A DNA stretch of 64,000 nucleotides from Thermoanaerobaculia bacterium (lineage in GTDB: Bacteria; Acidobacteriota; Thermoanaerobaculia; UBA5066; Gp7-AA6), in NCBI GenBank assembly GCA_038203955.1, contig JBBRDK010000007.1:299-64298 (forward strand). The letters run 5' to 3'. The notes under the pieces are model-generated. The model did not search any database. It saw only the letters and a program-made list of their open reading frames with translations, and had not been told where the DNA came from. The position numbers and the translations under genes were made by a program. Every line of letters starts with the position of its first letter. The first letter of the stretch is position 1. Positions 17,901-25,876 of the stretch are shown here, one piece after another.

Positions 17901-18042
17901 CGTCATCGGCGGGTTCATCCTCTCGAGCCCTCTCATTCTCCTGATCCTTCCCTCCCTCTACTGCTGGCTGGACCCTCACGGCCGGCTCGCGGGGCGCGAT
18001 CCCGCGGCGCGTTCCGCCGTTCTCCCGGAGGCCCGGCCGTGA
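14974..18042 (+). CDS. RND efflux transporter permease (AcrB/CzcA superfamily)
   Basis: 1022 aa. Typical N-terminus (RPQALFLLLLVLCAAGVWYATRLPSAIFP), 12-TM architecture with two large loops, and the LGGIAAAIGLVVDDAIVVVENI motif. Confidence 0.9.
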   Translation: MSISERLSNRPQALFLLLLVLCAAGVWYATRLPSAIFPTVTFPRVKVIAEGAEEPAAQMIPAVTRPLEEGILRVPGIVRVVSTSTRGSVEISGEFAWGTDMQLALQRVQAEIARVRPDLPSDTRIDAEWMNTAVFPILGYALTSDTLSPAALRELADFQLRPALIQIPGVSQVQVQGGAVREFQVRLDPERLGARRLSASDVVDAIRKNNVLVSAGLVESNHELYLSLVTGKPAGIAELGRIAVASPRGGVAAPLSQLGEVVAADAVSYVRTTAERRPAVLVNIVRQPDASTLAIATGVESLLKQHPDLLPKGARWSTFYDQAEFIRHSVRGVRDAILIGVALAAIILFLYLRNFRITAIAVATIPVTVAIVLLALGVSGQTINLMTLGGIAAAIGLVVDDAIVVVENIARHAEERVSANPVRSGLAEVLPPLTGSSLSTVIIFFPFALLSGVAGAFFKPLAFTMAVALAVSYFLSGLAVPAAAEKLRVASRVRAKKEKKPPRIARFFIRHPSIAIAVTLVLLGGGWLLYGVIGSDFLPGMDEGSIILDYWTPAGTSLTDTDQMLNQVEKIIVSLHDVAGYSRRTGEQLGFFITEPNRGDYVIRLKPKGGRRGVEEVIDDLRGRISAAQPAVHIDFGQLLEDNIGDLAGGVPQPIDIKLYGEDQTALQDRARAAAAILQTVTGVEDVFDGVTVAGPKVTVRVIPEALPRFGVTAERLHNEVEPALGGTLAGNLRIRERLYDIRVFSRRTSDVSRLSLLPIQTGSGALVPLSQLATISTGSPEVEIQRENLRTYLGVTARLSGRSLGSAMSEIQRKLSRSLNLPAGMSLGYGGLYEQQQSSFKGLLGVLFGGLLLVAVVLLFEFGDWRAPLLTVIMALTVLTSVLGSLIVTGMTLNISSFVGAIMMVGIVGEKAVFLIHDAREELRNGVPVADAWAEASRKRVRAVMMTIFSTAFALAPLAIALGEGSQLQQPLAIAVIGGFILSSPLILLILPSLYCWLDPHGRLAGRDPAARSAVLPEARP

Positions 18043-19364
18043 GGGCGGTGGCGATCCTCCGGCTGGCGGCGGCAGCCGCCGGCGCCCTCCTGTCGAGCCG
18101 GGCGGCGACGGTGAGCGCGCAGGAGGTCCTGACGCTGGACGATGTCCTCGCCCTGAGCCGGGCCGCCAACGTCCGCCTTCCGATTCCGGCCATAGACGTC
18201 GCGGCCGCGCGCGAACGGGTGAGCGAGGCCCGGGCGGAGCGGTGGCTCAAGGTGGCCGTGGAGGGGGACTTCATCTACGCGCCGCCGAACGGCTACGACC
18301 CCGCGATCACGAATGCGGGGGAGTTCCGCCTCCAGGCCGTTGGGCGCCAGACCCTCTACGACGGCGGGGCGCGCCGCGCCGCGATCGAGAAGAGCGAGGC
18401 GGACGTCGCGGCGGCCGCGGCCCGGTACCGGATCGCGGAGAAGGACCTGGATCTCGAGGTCCGCAGCCGGTTCAGCGAGTTGCTGCAGGCGGAGAGGGAG
18501 GCCGCGGCGCGGCGCGACGGACTGGACCGCCTCGCGCGATACCGGACCTCGCTCGAGAGCCGGCGCGCCTCCGGCCAGGGCGTCGCCGCGGACCTCCTGA
18601 AGATCGACGTGAGGCTCGCGACCGAGCGGTCCAGCTTCGTGGACGCGGAAGGCCGCCGGGACGCGGCGCGGCTGATCTTGAACGACCTCATGGGACGCGA
18701 GCCTGCCGCGCCCCTCGCGCTGGCGCCCCTGCCGCTTCCGCCTCCGCCGGCCCGCGTCGAGCCCGGCGCGGCGGCCGACCGCGCGCCCGAGGTCATCGCT
18801 GCCGTCTCGGAGGCGCGGTCTGCCGGCGCCGACGTCGACACCGCGCGCGCCGAGCGGCGCCCGCACCTGAACCTGAGCGGAGACGTCGGGTTTCTCGGCT
18901 CCGACACGTCTCGCCTGGTCCCCGCGGACCTGCTCGCGGTCAACCGCAACGCGACCTTCGGTGACCGGGTGCGCCGCGACGCCGGTTACTCGCTCACTCT
19001 GTCTCTCGCGTGGCCCGTATGGGACTTCGGCGCCATCCGCTCGCGGATCCGCCAGGCCGAGCTCCGCCTCGAGAGTGCGCGGCGGAACATCCAGCGGCAA
19101 CAGCGCGAAGTCGCGCGCCAGCGGGCGCAGGCGCAGGCGACCCTCCGCAGCACCTACGAGCAGATCCGGATCCTCTCGGAGGCCGCGCCCTCCGCGCGCG
19201 ATTCGTACCTCGAGGCGGAGAGCCGGTATCGCGGAGGCGCGGCGACCGCCTTCGAGGTCCTGGACGCGTACACCGCCTCGGTCGACGCCGCGGTCCGCCT
19301 GTCCGACGCCATCTCCCGTTATCGGATCGCCGAAGCCGTGGCGGCGCGCTGGGGCGAGCCTTGA
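18039..19364 (+). CDS. TolC-like outer-membrane efflux protein
   Basis: The track ORF starts far upstream inside the RND gene. I place the start at GTG 18039, a GTGA overlap with the RND stop, which gives VRAVAILRLAAAAAGALLSSRAATVSAQE (signal peptide). Two OEP-type repeats. Confidence 0.8.
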   Translation: MRAVAILRLAAAAAGALLSSRAATVSAQEVLTLDDVLALSRAANVRLPIPAIDVAAARERVSEARAERWLKVAVEGDFIYAPPNGYDPAITNAGEFRLQAVGRQTLYDGGARRAAIEKSEADVAAAAARYRIAEKDLDLEVRSRFSELLQAEREAAARRDGLDRLARYRTSLESRRASGQGVAADLLKIDVRLATERSSFVDAEGRRDAARLILNDLMGREPAAPLALAPLPLPPPPARVEPGAAADRAPEVIAAVSEARSAGADVDTARAERRPHLNLSGDVGFLGSDTSRLVPADLLAVNRNATFGDRVRRDAGYSLTLSLAWPVWDFGAIRSRIRQAELRLESARRNIQRQQREVARQRAQAQATLRSTYEQIRILSEAAPSARDSYLEAESRYRGGAATAFEVLDAYTASVDAAVRLSDAISRYRIAEAVAARWGEP

Positions 19365-20341
19365 GGCGGATCGCCGCGCTCGCGTTCGCCCTGACTTTCT
19401 TTCCGGCGTGCGGAGCTCGCAAAGGCGCCGAGGAGGCGAAGCCCGCCGCGCCGGCCGCCGACGCGCCGACCCCGGTGCGCGTGGCTCCCGTCGCGACGAT
19501 GACGCTCGCGGAGACCGTGTCGGGACCCGGCCACACCGCGGCCCTGTCGCAGCAGAAGGTCCGCGCTCCCTTCGCGGGGACCCTGCTCGATCTGCGCGTC
19601 TCCGACGGCGACATGGTGCGCCGGGGCGAGGGGATCGGGACGATCGTCGCCCGCGAGAGCGAAGCAGCGCTGTCCGGCGCGCGCGAAATGATGCGTGAGG
19701 CTCAGTCCGAGCCGCAACGGGCGGACGCGCAGCGGGCCGTCGCTCTCGCCGAGCGAAACCTGGTTCGGAAATCGATCGCGGCGACCGCCGACGGGCCGGT
19801 CCTGTCCCACGCGGCGGCGAGCGGCGACAAGCTTGCGGAGGACCAGGAGATCCTGACCATCGCCGACACCGGGTCGGTCGTCTTTCTCGCCGACGTGCCG
19901 CAGAACGATCTCCCCCGCATCCGGCCGGGGCAGCCGGCGGCCGTCGAGATCACGGGCCGCCCGGCCGGGATTCCGGGACGCGTCCATTCGATCCTGCCCG
20001 GCGCCAACGCCGCGGATTTTTCGGGCTCGGTCCGTATCGATCTGCCGGGATCGGCGGAGCGGCTCACGCTGAACCTCTTCGGAACCGCTCGAATCACCGT
20101 GGGCGAGCGGCGCGCCGCGTCGATCGTGCCCGCCGCGGCCATCATCCGCGACGACGTGAGCGGCACCGCGCGGGTCGCCGCGGTCGTGAAGGGGCACGTC
20201 CACTGGATCGACGTGCGGGAGGGTCTCACGTCGAACGGCTCGACGGAGATCGCCGGGGAAGGAATCGCGCCCGGCCTCTCGGTCGTCGTCTCCGGGATGG
20301 TAGGACTGCCGGAGGGTAAGTCGGTGACCGTCGAGAAGTAG
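19361..20341 (+). CDS. RND efflux periplasmic adaptor (MFP) lipoprotein
   Basis: TTG 19361 overlaps the TolC stop (TTGA). Lipobox ALTFFPAC. Barrel-sandwich hybrid and beta-barrel segments (VRAPFAGTLLDLRVSDGDMVRRGE). Confidence 0.8.
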   Translation: MRRIAALAFALTFFPACGARKGAEEAKPAAPAADAPTPVRVAPVATMTLAETVSGPGHTAALSQQKVRAPFAGTLLDLRVSDGDMVRRGEGIGTIVARESEAALSGAREMMREAQSEPQRADAQRAVALAERNLVRKSIAATADGPVLSHAAASGDKLAEDQEILTIADTGSVVFLADVPQNDLPRIRPGQPAAVEITGRPAGIPGRVHSILPGANAADFSGSVRIDLPGSAERLTLNLFGTARITVGERRAASIVPAAAIIRDDVSGTARVAAVVKGHVHWIDVREGLTSNGSTEIAGEGIAPGLSVVVSGMVGLPEGKSVTVEK

Positions 20342-20355
20342 CCCGGGGACCGGCG

Positions 20356-20380
20356 GGGGACCGCCCGATGAGCGGTCCCC
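20356..20380. terminator. 9-bp GC hairpin between convergent genes (possible bidirectional terminator)
   Basis: GGGGACCGC-ccgatga-GCGGTCCCC. No clear U-tract. Confidence 0.4.
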
Positions 20381-20399
20381 GATCCGGCGTATCCCGCTC

Positions 20400-21050
20400 T
20401 CAGGCCGTTTTCTTCGCCTGAAGCGTCCGTTTCAATTCGCGCATCCGGCCGGCGATCTCTCGCAGCCGTTCGTCGCCCAGAAGCTTCTTCGCCTCCGGAA
20501 AGAGATCGTCTTCCTCTTCCTCGACGTGGTGCTCGATGGACTCCTTGAGAACCGTGACCTTCGCGTCGAACTGCTCGTCGGTCGGCTGCAGGGCCGAGAG
20601 CTCCGCGAGGAGCGTCTTGACGATCTTGTGCTCCTCGAAGGACTCGCGGACGAGCTTCTTCGGCTCCTCGGGACGAACGCTCTTGAAGGCCTGGTAGAAG
20701 ATCCGCTCCTCGAGCTGCGCATGGATCTCGAGCTCGTTCGCGATCTGATCTACGATTTCCTTTCGCGTCGCCCTGGCGTCTTCGCCGGCATTCTCGTATG
20801 CCTCGAACAGTGCCTCGACCTTGCGGTGGTCCTGCTCGAGCATCTTGACCGGATCATCCTCGGCCGCCTTTTCCTCGGTGCCCGAGACACGGCCCGTGAC
20901 GACTTCGACGATCCGCGAGAGAAGCCCCTCTCCCTGGGCCGGCGACTCCGGCCGGATCGATTTCGGCAGACCCTTCGGCCTGCGGGTCTTTTTCCGCGAG
21001 GGCTCCTCCGGGCCGCGATCTCTGTCTCTGACGGGGTCTTGCTGTTCCAC
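20400..21050 (-). CDS. Hemerythrin (HHE cation-binding) domain protein
   Basis: MLEQDHRKVEALFE...HAQLEERIFY...EEHKIVKTLL...IEHHVEEEEDDLFPEA. I prefer GTG 21050, which has AGGAGGA 7 nt upstream, over the track start at 21098. Confidence 0.8.
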   Translation of the reverse strand: MEQQDPVRDRDRGPEEPSRKKTRRPKGLPKSIRPESPAQGEGLLSRIVEVVTGRVSGTEEKAAEDDPVKMLEQDHRKVEALFEAYENAGEDARATRKEIVDQIANELEIHAQLEERIFYQAFKSVRPEEPKKLVRESFEEHKIVKTLLAELSALQPTDEQFDAKVTVLKESIEHHVEEEEDDLFPEAKKLLGDERLREIAGRMRELKRTLQAKKTA

Positions 21051-21145
21051 GTGTCTTCCTCCTGTTTGAATTCGAGCGTCCCCGGAAGGCTTGCGCAAGA
21101 ACCGTTCCGAACGTCGCTGCCCGCGGGCTCGGGCGGTACACTGGC

Positions 21146-21643
21146 ATGTGGATTGCCTGTAATTACTGTTTTATGGAACAAGCCGGAGCCGTTCTCGACC
21201 TCAGGGTCGTGCAGACGCTCTTCGACGCCTGGACGGACGAGATCCCGGAGTTTTCGACCCGGGACTCCGCCGCGGACTACCTCGTGCGTTTTTTGAAGAG
21301 ACGCGCGGTGAGCGCTCGCATTCGATTCGCCGGCGGGATCTGGGAGTGCGTGCTTTCCACCCGCGCGAGGAAGGTGTCTTCGGCGACCGGGGAGACCCGT
21401 CCTCTCGCCATCGCGCGCGCCGTGGTCCACGCGGACGTGGTCCCCGGCCGGCGGCGAACCCCGGCGTCCCCGGCCCATCCGGCGAAAGACCGGAAAGTCC
21501 GGACGGCCATCCGGGACTGCGCCGGGTGCGGGGTCGCGTTGAGGACCGTCCGGAGCTCTCCGAGCGGCGTCCGCTACTGCAATCTCTGCGGCTGGCGGCA
21601 GATCCGTCTTTTCCCGCAGCAGCGCGCAAGCCAGGCTTTGTAA
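21146..21643 (+). CDS. Hypothetical protein with a C-terminal CxxC...CxxC zinc ribbon
   Basis: 165-aa ORF. The start is more likely ATG 21173 (MEQAGAVLDL). Ends 6 nt before the receiver gene. I recognise no family. Confidence 0.45.
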   Translation: MWIACNYCFMEQAGAVLDLRVVQTLFDAWTDEIPEFSTRDSAADYLVRFLKRRAVSARIRFAGGIWECVLSTRARKVSSATGETRPLAIARAVVHADVVPGRRRTPASPAHPAKDRKVRTAIRDCAGCGVALRTVRSSPSGVRYCNLCGWRQIRLFPQQRASQAL

Positions 21644-21649
21644 GAGACG

Positions 21650-22081
21650 TTGTCTTCCAACCGCGACGGCCGGCGCTCTCCGGCGGACGGGCCGGAGAGC
21701 CCTGCCGATCGGCCCCTCATCCTTGTCGTGGAAGACGACGATGACCTGCGGCGCGAGATCTGCCGGATCCTGGAGGACGAGGGGTTTCAGGCGATGGAGG
21801 CCATCAACGGGCTGCACGCCCTGGCGCAGCTCGAGACTCTCGCCAGGCCCGACCTCATCATCCTCGATCTCATGATGCCGGTCATGAACGGCTGGGACTT
21901 CCACGCGAGGTTGAAGGCGAACCCGCGGCTCGCCCGCGTCCCGGTCCTGCTCCTGAGCGCCTACGTGCACAATCAGACGCACACGGGCCCGAAAGACGTG
22001 GAAGTCGCGCTTCAGAAGCCGTTCCGCGTCGAGGAGTTCCTCGGCTGGGTGCGCCGGCTCGCGCGGCGCCTGAACCGCTGA
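21650..22081 (+). CDS. Single-domain response regulator (CheY-like receiver)
   Basis: TTG start. LILVVEDDDDLRREI...DLIILDLMMPVMNGWDF...VPVLLLSAY. Confidence 0.8.
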   Translation: MSSNRDGRRSPADGPESPADRPLILVVEDDDDLRREICRILEDEGFQAMEAINGLHALAQLETLARPDLIILDLMMPVMNGWDFHARLKANPRLARVPVLLLSAYVHNQTHTGPKDVEVALQKPFRVEEFLGWVRRLARRLNR

Positions 22082-22088
22082 TCTCGCG

Positions 22089-22628
22089 TCAGACGCTGTC
22101 TTCGAAGATTCCCGGGACCGCGCGCTCGACGGCGGCCTCGATCTCGTCCGGCCCGCAGACGCCGGGGTCCTTCGGGATTCCGGTGCGGTGCAACGACCAC
22201 CGCTCTCCGTGCAGGACGGCGGTTCCAGCGTCCGCAGCGGGCCCAGGGACTCGAGCTCCATGAAGTTCGCGGCGCCGTAGATCTCGTTGTTGCAACCGAA
22301 GTCGGGGTAGCGCGCCGTCGGATCGTGATCGAAGCGCTTGACGAAGACCGTATCGCTCCACACACAGGCGCACCGGGATCATCGTCCGGCGCGTAGCTCT
22401 CCGGCATCGTTTCGGGCGCGATCCAGAGCCGGTGGCCGCCGCGCGGCCGCCAGCGCCCGAGCGCAGTCTCCGTCGAGAGCTCCGGCCACTCCCCGAGTGC
22501 GTTTTCCCCTCGGGAAACGCGAACCGCACGATCCGCGGGCCGAAGCCGGTCGCGGCCACGACTTCGACGTCGCCGTTGGAGACTCTCAGGCGCGGCCCGA
22601 AAGTCGAAGAGAGAGACCGCTCGATCAT
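22089..22628 (-). pseudogene. Multiply frameshifted remnant of a galactose-mutarotase-like/DUF4380-like gene
   Basis: Protein-like segments are spread over all three minus-strand frames: MIERSLSSTFGPRLRVSNGDVEVVAATGFGPRIVRFAFPEG / ENALGEWPELSTETALGRWRPRGGHRLWIAPETMPESYAPDDDP / WSDTVFVKRFDHDPTARYPDFGCNNEIYGAANFMELESLGPLRTLEP / AVLHGERWSLHRTGIPKDPGVCGPDEIEAAVERAVPGIFEDSV. At least 3 frame changes are needed to join them. Confidence 0.55.
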
Positions 22629-22670
22629 CCGCCGGCGCGACCCTCGCCGTTTCTCGTTCCCGACGTCCCC

Positions 22671-23027
22671 TCAGCGCCGGCAGAACCGTCGGACGCAGTC
22701 GAGCAGCTTGTCCGGCCGGATCGGCTTGGCGAGGAAATCGGCGACTCCCGGCGCGTCGCGAATGAAGGCCATTCCAGACAGGAGGACGACAGGCGTCTTC
22801 TTTCCGGCTCCGTCGCGCCGGGCGAGAAACTCCCATCCGTCGACGCGGGGCATCCGAAGGTCGAGCAGGATCAGGCAGGGAGGCTCCATCGCGCCGAGGC
22901 GATCCAGGGCGTCCTGGCCGTCGTCGGCGGTGACCACGGCGTACCCTTCCCCGGAGAGGAGCTCCCGCAGCGCCTCCCGGACAGTCGGGTCGTCGTCCAC
23001 GACGAGGATGCGGGGCTCGCCGCTCAC
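22671..23027 (-). CDS. Single-domain response regulator
   Basis: GTG 23027 overlaps the kinase stop (GTGA). ILVVDDDPTVREAL...CLILLDLRMPRVDGWEF...PVVLLSG...LAKP. Confidence 0.8.
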   Translation of the reverse strand: MSGEPRILVVDDDPTVREALRELLSGEGYAVVTADDGQDALDRLGAMEPPCLILLDLRMPRVDGWEFLARRDGAGKKTPVVLLSGMAFIRDAPGVADFLAKPIRPDKLLDCVRRFCRR

Positions 23028-24532
23028 GTCCGCCGCTCCGATCCCGTGATTCCGGAAGCCTCCCGGACGAGGGCCTCCCCGGAGCGGCCCCGGTCGAAGC
23101 GAACCCGGCGGCGGAGCTCCAGGAGCGAGAGCGCCTGCCGCGCGAGCGCGCGCAGCCCTTCGACCTGAGCGTCCGAGAGCTCGCGGGGAACTCTGTCGAG
23201 CACGCAGATCGTGCCGATCGCGTGTCCGTCCGTCGTGATGAGGGGCGCACCGGCGTAGAACCGCACCCTCATCGGCCCCGTGACCATCGGGTTGCGGGCG
23301 AAACGCTCGTCGGCGGAAAGATCCGGCAACACCAGCGGGTTCCGGCCCAGGATCGCATGCGCGCACAGCGCGTGCTCGCGGGGCGTTTCGGTCGCCTCGA
23401 TTCCGACGCGGGCCTTGAACCACTGCCGGTCGCGGTCGACGAAGGTGACGAGCGCGAGGGGCGTGCCGCAGATCTGCGCGGCAAGACGCGCGAGGTCATC
23501 GAACTCGGCCTCGGGTTCCGAATCGAGGATCTCGAAACGGCCGAGCGCGGCGAGCCGCGTCGTTTCATCCGGCGGCATGAGGGGATGCACCCCGGAGAGA
23601 GGCGTCGACGGAATCTGCGCGTGCACCTCGAGAAGGGCATCGCGCAGCTCGCGCGCGGTCTGAAAGCGGTCGGGCGGCTCCTTTCGCATGCACCGGCGGA
23701 CGATTTCCGCCAAGGGCTGCGGGGTGTCGGGAGCGAGTTCTTCGATTGGCGGCGGCTCTTCTTTGACGATCGTCTCCAGGAGCTTGAAGAGGTTGTCGTT
23801 GCGAAACGCCCTCTGCCGCGTGAGGAGCTCGTAGGCGAGCAGCCCGAAAGAGAAGATGTCCGTGCGATGGTCCACCGGATCGCCGCAGATCTGCTCCGGC
23901 GACATGTAGCCGGCGGAACCGACCGCCACCCCCGCCTTGGTGATGTCGGTCTCCTGGTTCTTCGCCTTCGCAATCCCGAAATCCATGATCTTGATCGCGT
24001 AGCCGTCGAGCACTCGCATGTTCGCCGGCTTGATGTCGCGGTGAATCACGCCGGCCTTGTGCGCGTACTCGAGGCCGATCGCGACCCCGACCAGGATCTT
24101 CAACTTGTCCGCCAGGAGAAGAGGCTCGCCCCGCGCGATCAGCCGGTCGAGGTCCTCGCCCGGAAGAAACTCCTGGACGATGTACGGCACGTCGTCCTCG
24201 ACTCCGAACTCGTAGACGGTCGTGATGTTGGGATGCTGGAGCCGCCCCGCGAGCTGAGCCTCCTGAAAGGTCCTCGCCCGGATCTCGGGGGAACCCACCT
24301 CGCACGTCTTGATCGCGACCTTGCGCTGGATGAGCGGGTCGAAGGCCTCATAGACCGTTCCGAATCCCCCCGCGCCGATCTTGGAGACGACGTCGTACTT
24401 GCCGATCTTGCGTCCGACGGCGCTTTCGGACCCCGCGGCCTGGGTGGGGGCCGAGTCCAGCCCGGTGCCCGTGTTGCGCTCGCCCGTGTTCGAGTCGCTC
24501 TTCCTTCCCGCGATGTTGGCGAGCCAGCCCAT
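23024..24532 (-). CDS. Ser/Thr protein kinase with a C-terminal GAF domain
   Basis: GAGGFGTVYEA, VAIK, HRDIKPANMRV, DFGIAK and SPEQ kinase subdomains. C-terminal GAF-like region (FEILDSEPEAEFDDLARLAAQICGTPLALVTFVD...YAGAPL). Confidence 0.85.
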   Translation of the reverse strand: MGWLANIAGRKSDSNTGERNTGTGLDSAPTQAAGSESAVGRKIGKYDVVSKIGAGGFGTVYEAFDPLIQRKVAIKTCEVGSPEIRARTFQEAQLAGRLQHPNITTVYEFGVEDDVPYIVQEFLPGEDLDRLIARGEPLLLADKLKILVGVAIGLEYAHKAGVIHRDIKPANMRVLDGYAIKIMDFGIAKAKNQETDITKAGVAVGSAGYMSPEQICGDPVDHRTDIFSFGLLAYELLTRQRAFRNDNLFKLLETIVKEEPPPIEELAPDTPQPLAEIVRRCMRKEPPDRFQTARELRDALLEVHAQIPSTPLSGVHPLMPPDETTRLAALGRFEILDSEPEAEFDDLARLAAQICGTPLALVTFVDRDRQWFKARVGIEATETPREHALCAHAILGRNPLVLPDLSADERFARNPMVTGPMRVRFYAGAPLITTDGHAIGTICVLDRVPRELSDAQVEGLRALARQALSLLELRRRVRFDRGRSGEALVREASGITGSERRT

Positions 24533-24658
24533 CAGGCTGCCGTCCGATCGTCCGGCGCGGTCGATGGCTGACGGGAAGGAGGAAAAGTCGGGATCACGGA
24601 CGTCCAGAAAGAGCAGGATCCATGCCCGGACGCCGGGCCCCGGCAGATCGGCACGGGG

Positions 24659-25306
24659 CTAGCGCCGGAGGCCGAAAATCGCGCCGAACGCGATCGCCAG
24701 GATCACGACGCCGAAGGCAATCGACAGCCACTCGCCGCGGCGCTGTCCCCTAGGGCCGGTGAAAATCCCCCACGTGATCCCGGCGAGCCAGAGCCCGTTG
24801 GCGAGGTGAAAGGCGACCCCCAGCATGCCGAGCACGTAGACCGCGAACGTGATCGGCTCGCGCATGCCCTCCTGCATGTGCGCGAAGTCGATGTCGAACC
24901 CCGCTCGCCAGGGCTCGATCTTCGTCTTGTAAACGTGCGCCGGAACGAACAGGAGGACTCCGATGGCGGAGACCCTCTGCAGGACGTATTTCCAGTTGCG
25001 GAAGCGGGGCATGGAAAGCGCATTCGGGCGGGTCTTGAAGGTGATCACGAGCCCGACGACCGCGTGGATGGCCAAGGGCAGGTACACGAACAGCCAGATG
25101 GCGGGCGTGTAGAGCGGGGATCCCGTTGCGACCTTGAGCCGCGCGTCGAAGGCCGCGCGCCCGTTGACCGCGTAGATGTTGTTGAAGAGGTGCCAGACGA
25201 CGTAGACGGCGAGAGGGACGATCCCGCAGAACGAAAAGATCCTCCGCGCCCAGAACGAGCGAGCCCCGGAAGCCGATTCGACATGATCCACCGCCGTTGC
25301 GCTCAC
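24659..25306 (-). CDS. SdhC-like (b558-type) membrane cytochrome b, orphan
   Basis: Five hydrophobic segments with conserved His residues (VVWHLFNN, LAIHAVVG, VPAHVYK, VAFHLANG). Start placed at GTG 25306 (alternative 25291); the track start at 25537 is implausible. No sdhA or sdhB nearby. Confidence 0.6.
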   Translation of the reverse strand: MSATAVDHVESASGARSFWARRIFSFCGIVPLAVYVVWHLFNNIYAVNGRAAFDARLKVATGSPLYTPAIWLFVYLPLAIHAVVGLVITFKTRPNALSMPRFRNWKYVLQRVSAIGVLLFVPAHVYKTKIEPWRAGFDIDFAHMQEGMREPITFAVYVLGMLGVAFHLANGLWLAGITWGIFTGPRGQRRGEWLSIAFGVVILAIAFGAIFGLRR

Positions 25307-25372
25307 GCAGGGACGATAAACCACGGATGGGGCGGTGTCGAGTTGGGGAGGGCGATGGGCGCGGGGGGGTGT

Positions 25373-25407
25373 GGCGAGGGGCGAAAGGCGAAGTGCGAAT
25401 CGGAGAG
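25373..25407. repeat. G-rich heptamer array (GGCGAGG GGCGAAA GGCGAAG TGCGAAT CGGAGAG)
   Basis: Five units in register, upstream of the cytochrome b gene. Confidence 0.6.
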
Positions 25408-25575
25408 GGGAACAGCTCCCATCGGGAGCACGCGATGGCGAGATCAGCGGACGGCTCGCAGCGGTGCGTTCGGTCTTCTGCCCGAACTCGACCACCGGCC
25501 GTCTCGAATTCCCCGGCGCGACTCTTGCTTCAACCATTTCCTGACAGAGAACCAGCCGTGGACTTCTCGAATAGA

Positions 25576-25776
25576 ATGGAAGGTCTGATGCAGGAACGAA
25601 GGAGCAAGATCGTCCGAGGCCCCCGGGGAATCCGGATCGCCCCTGCCGACCTCGAGAAGCTGCCGGAGCTCTCCAACAAGGGCTTCGCGGAGCAGCTCAA
25701 GCCGCCGAGCCCCCGGCACGAAGTGATCCGCTACTCGTCGCACGCGCGATTTCTCGCGCGCTGGAGCGCGCCGTAG
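25576..25776 (+). CDS. Small hypothetical protein (66 aa)
   Basis: MEGLMQERRSKIVRGPRGIRIAPADLEKLPELSNKGFAEQLKPPSPRHEVIRYSSHARFLARWSAP. G/C-rich third positions. A heptamer array starts 2 nt after its stop, as it does for well-supported genes. Confidence 0.4.
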   Translation: MEGLMQERRSKIVRGPRGIRIAPADLEKLPELSNKGFAEQLKPPSPRHEVIRYSSHARFLARWSAP

Positions 25777-25778
25777 AG

Positions 25779-25806
25779 TTCTCAGTTATCAGTTTTCAGT
25801 AATCAG
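25779..25806. repeat. Heptamer array TTCTCAG TTATCAG TTTTCAG TAATCAG
   Basis: Four units in register. Confidence 0.85.
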
Positions 25807-25829
25807 AAGACGCCGGGACCCGACTGGCT

Positions 25830-25872
<43 letters not shown>

Positions 25873-25876
25873 ACCT

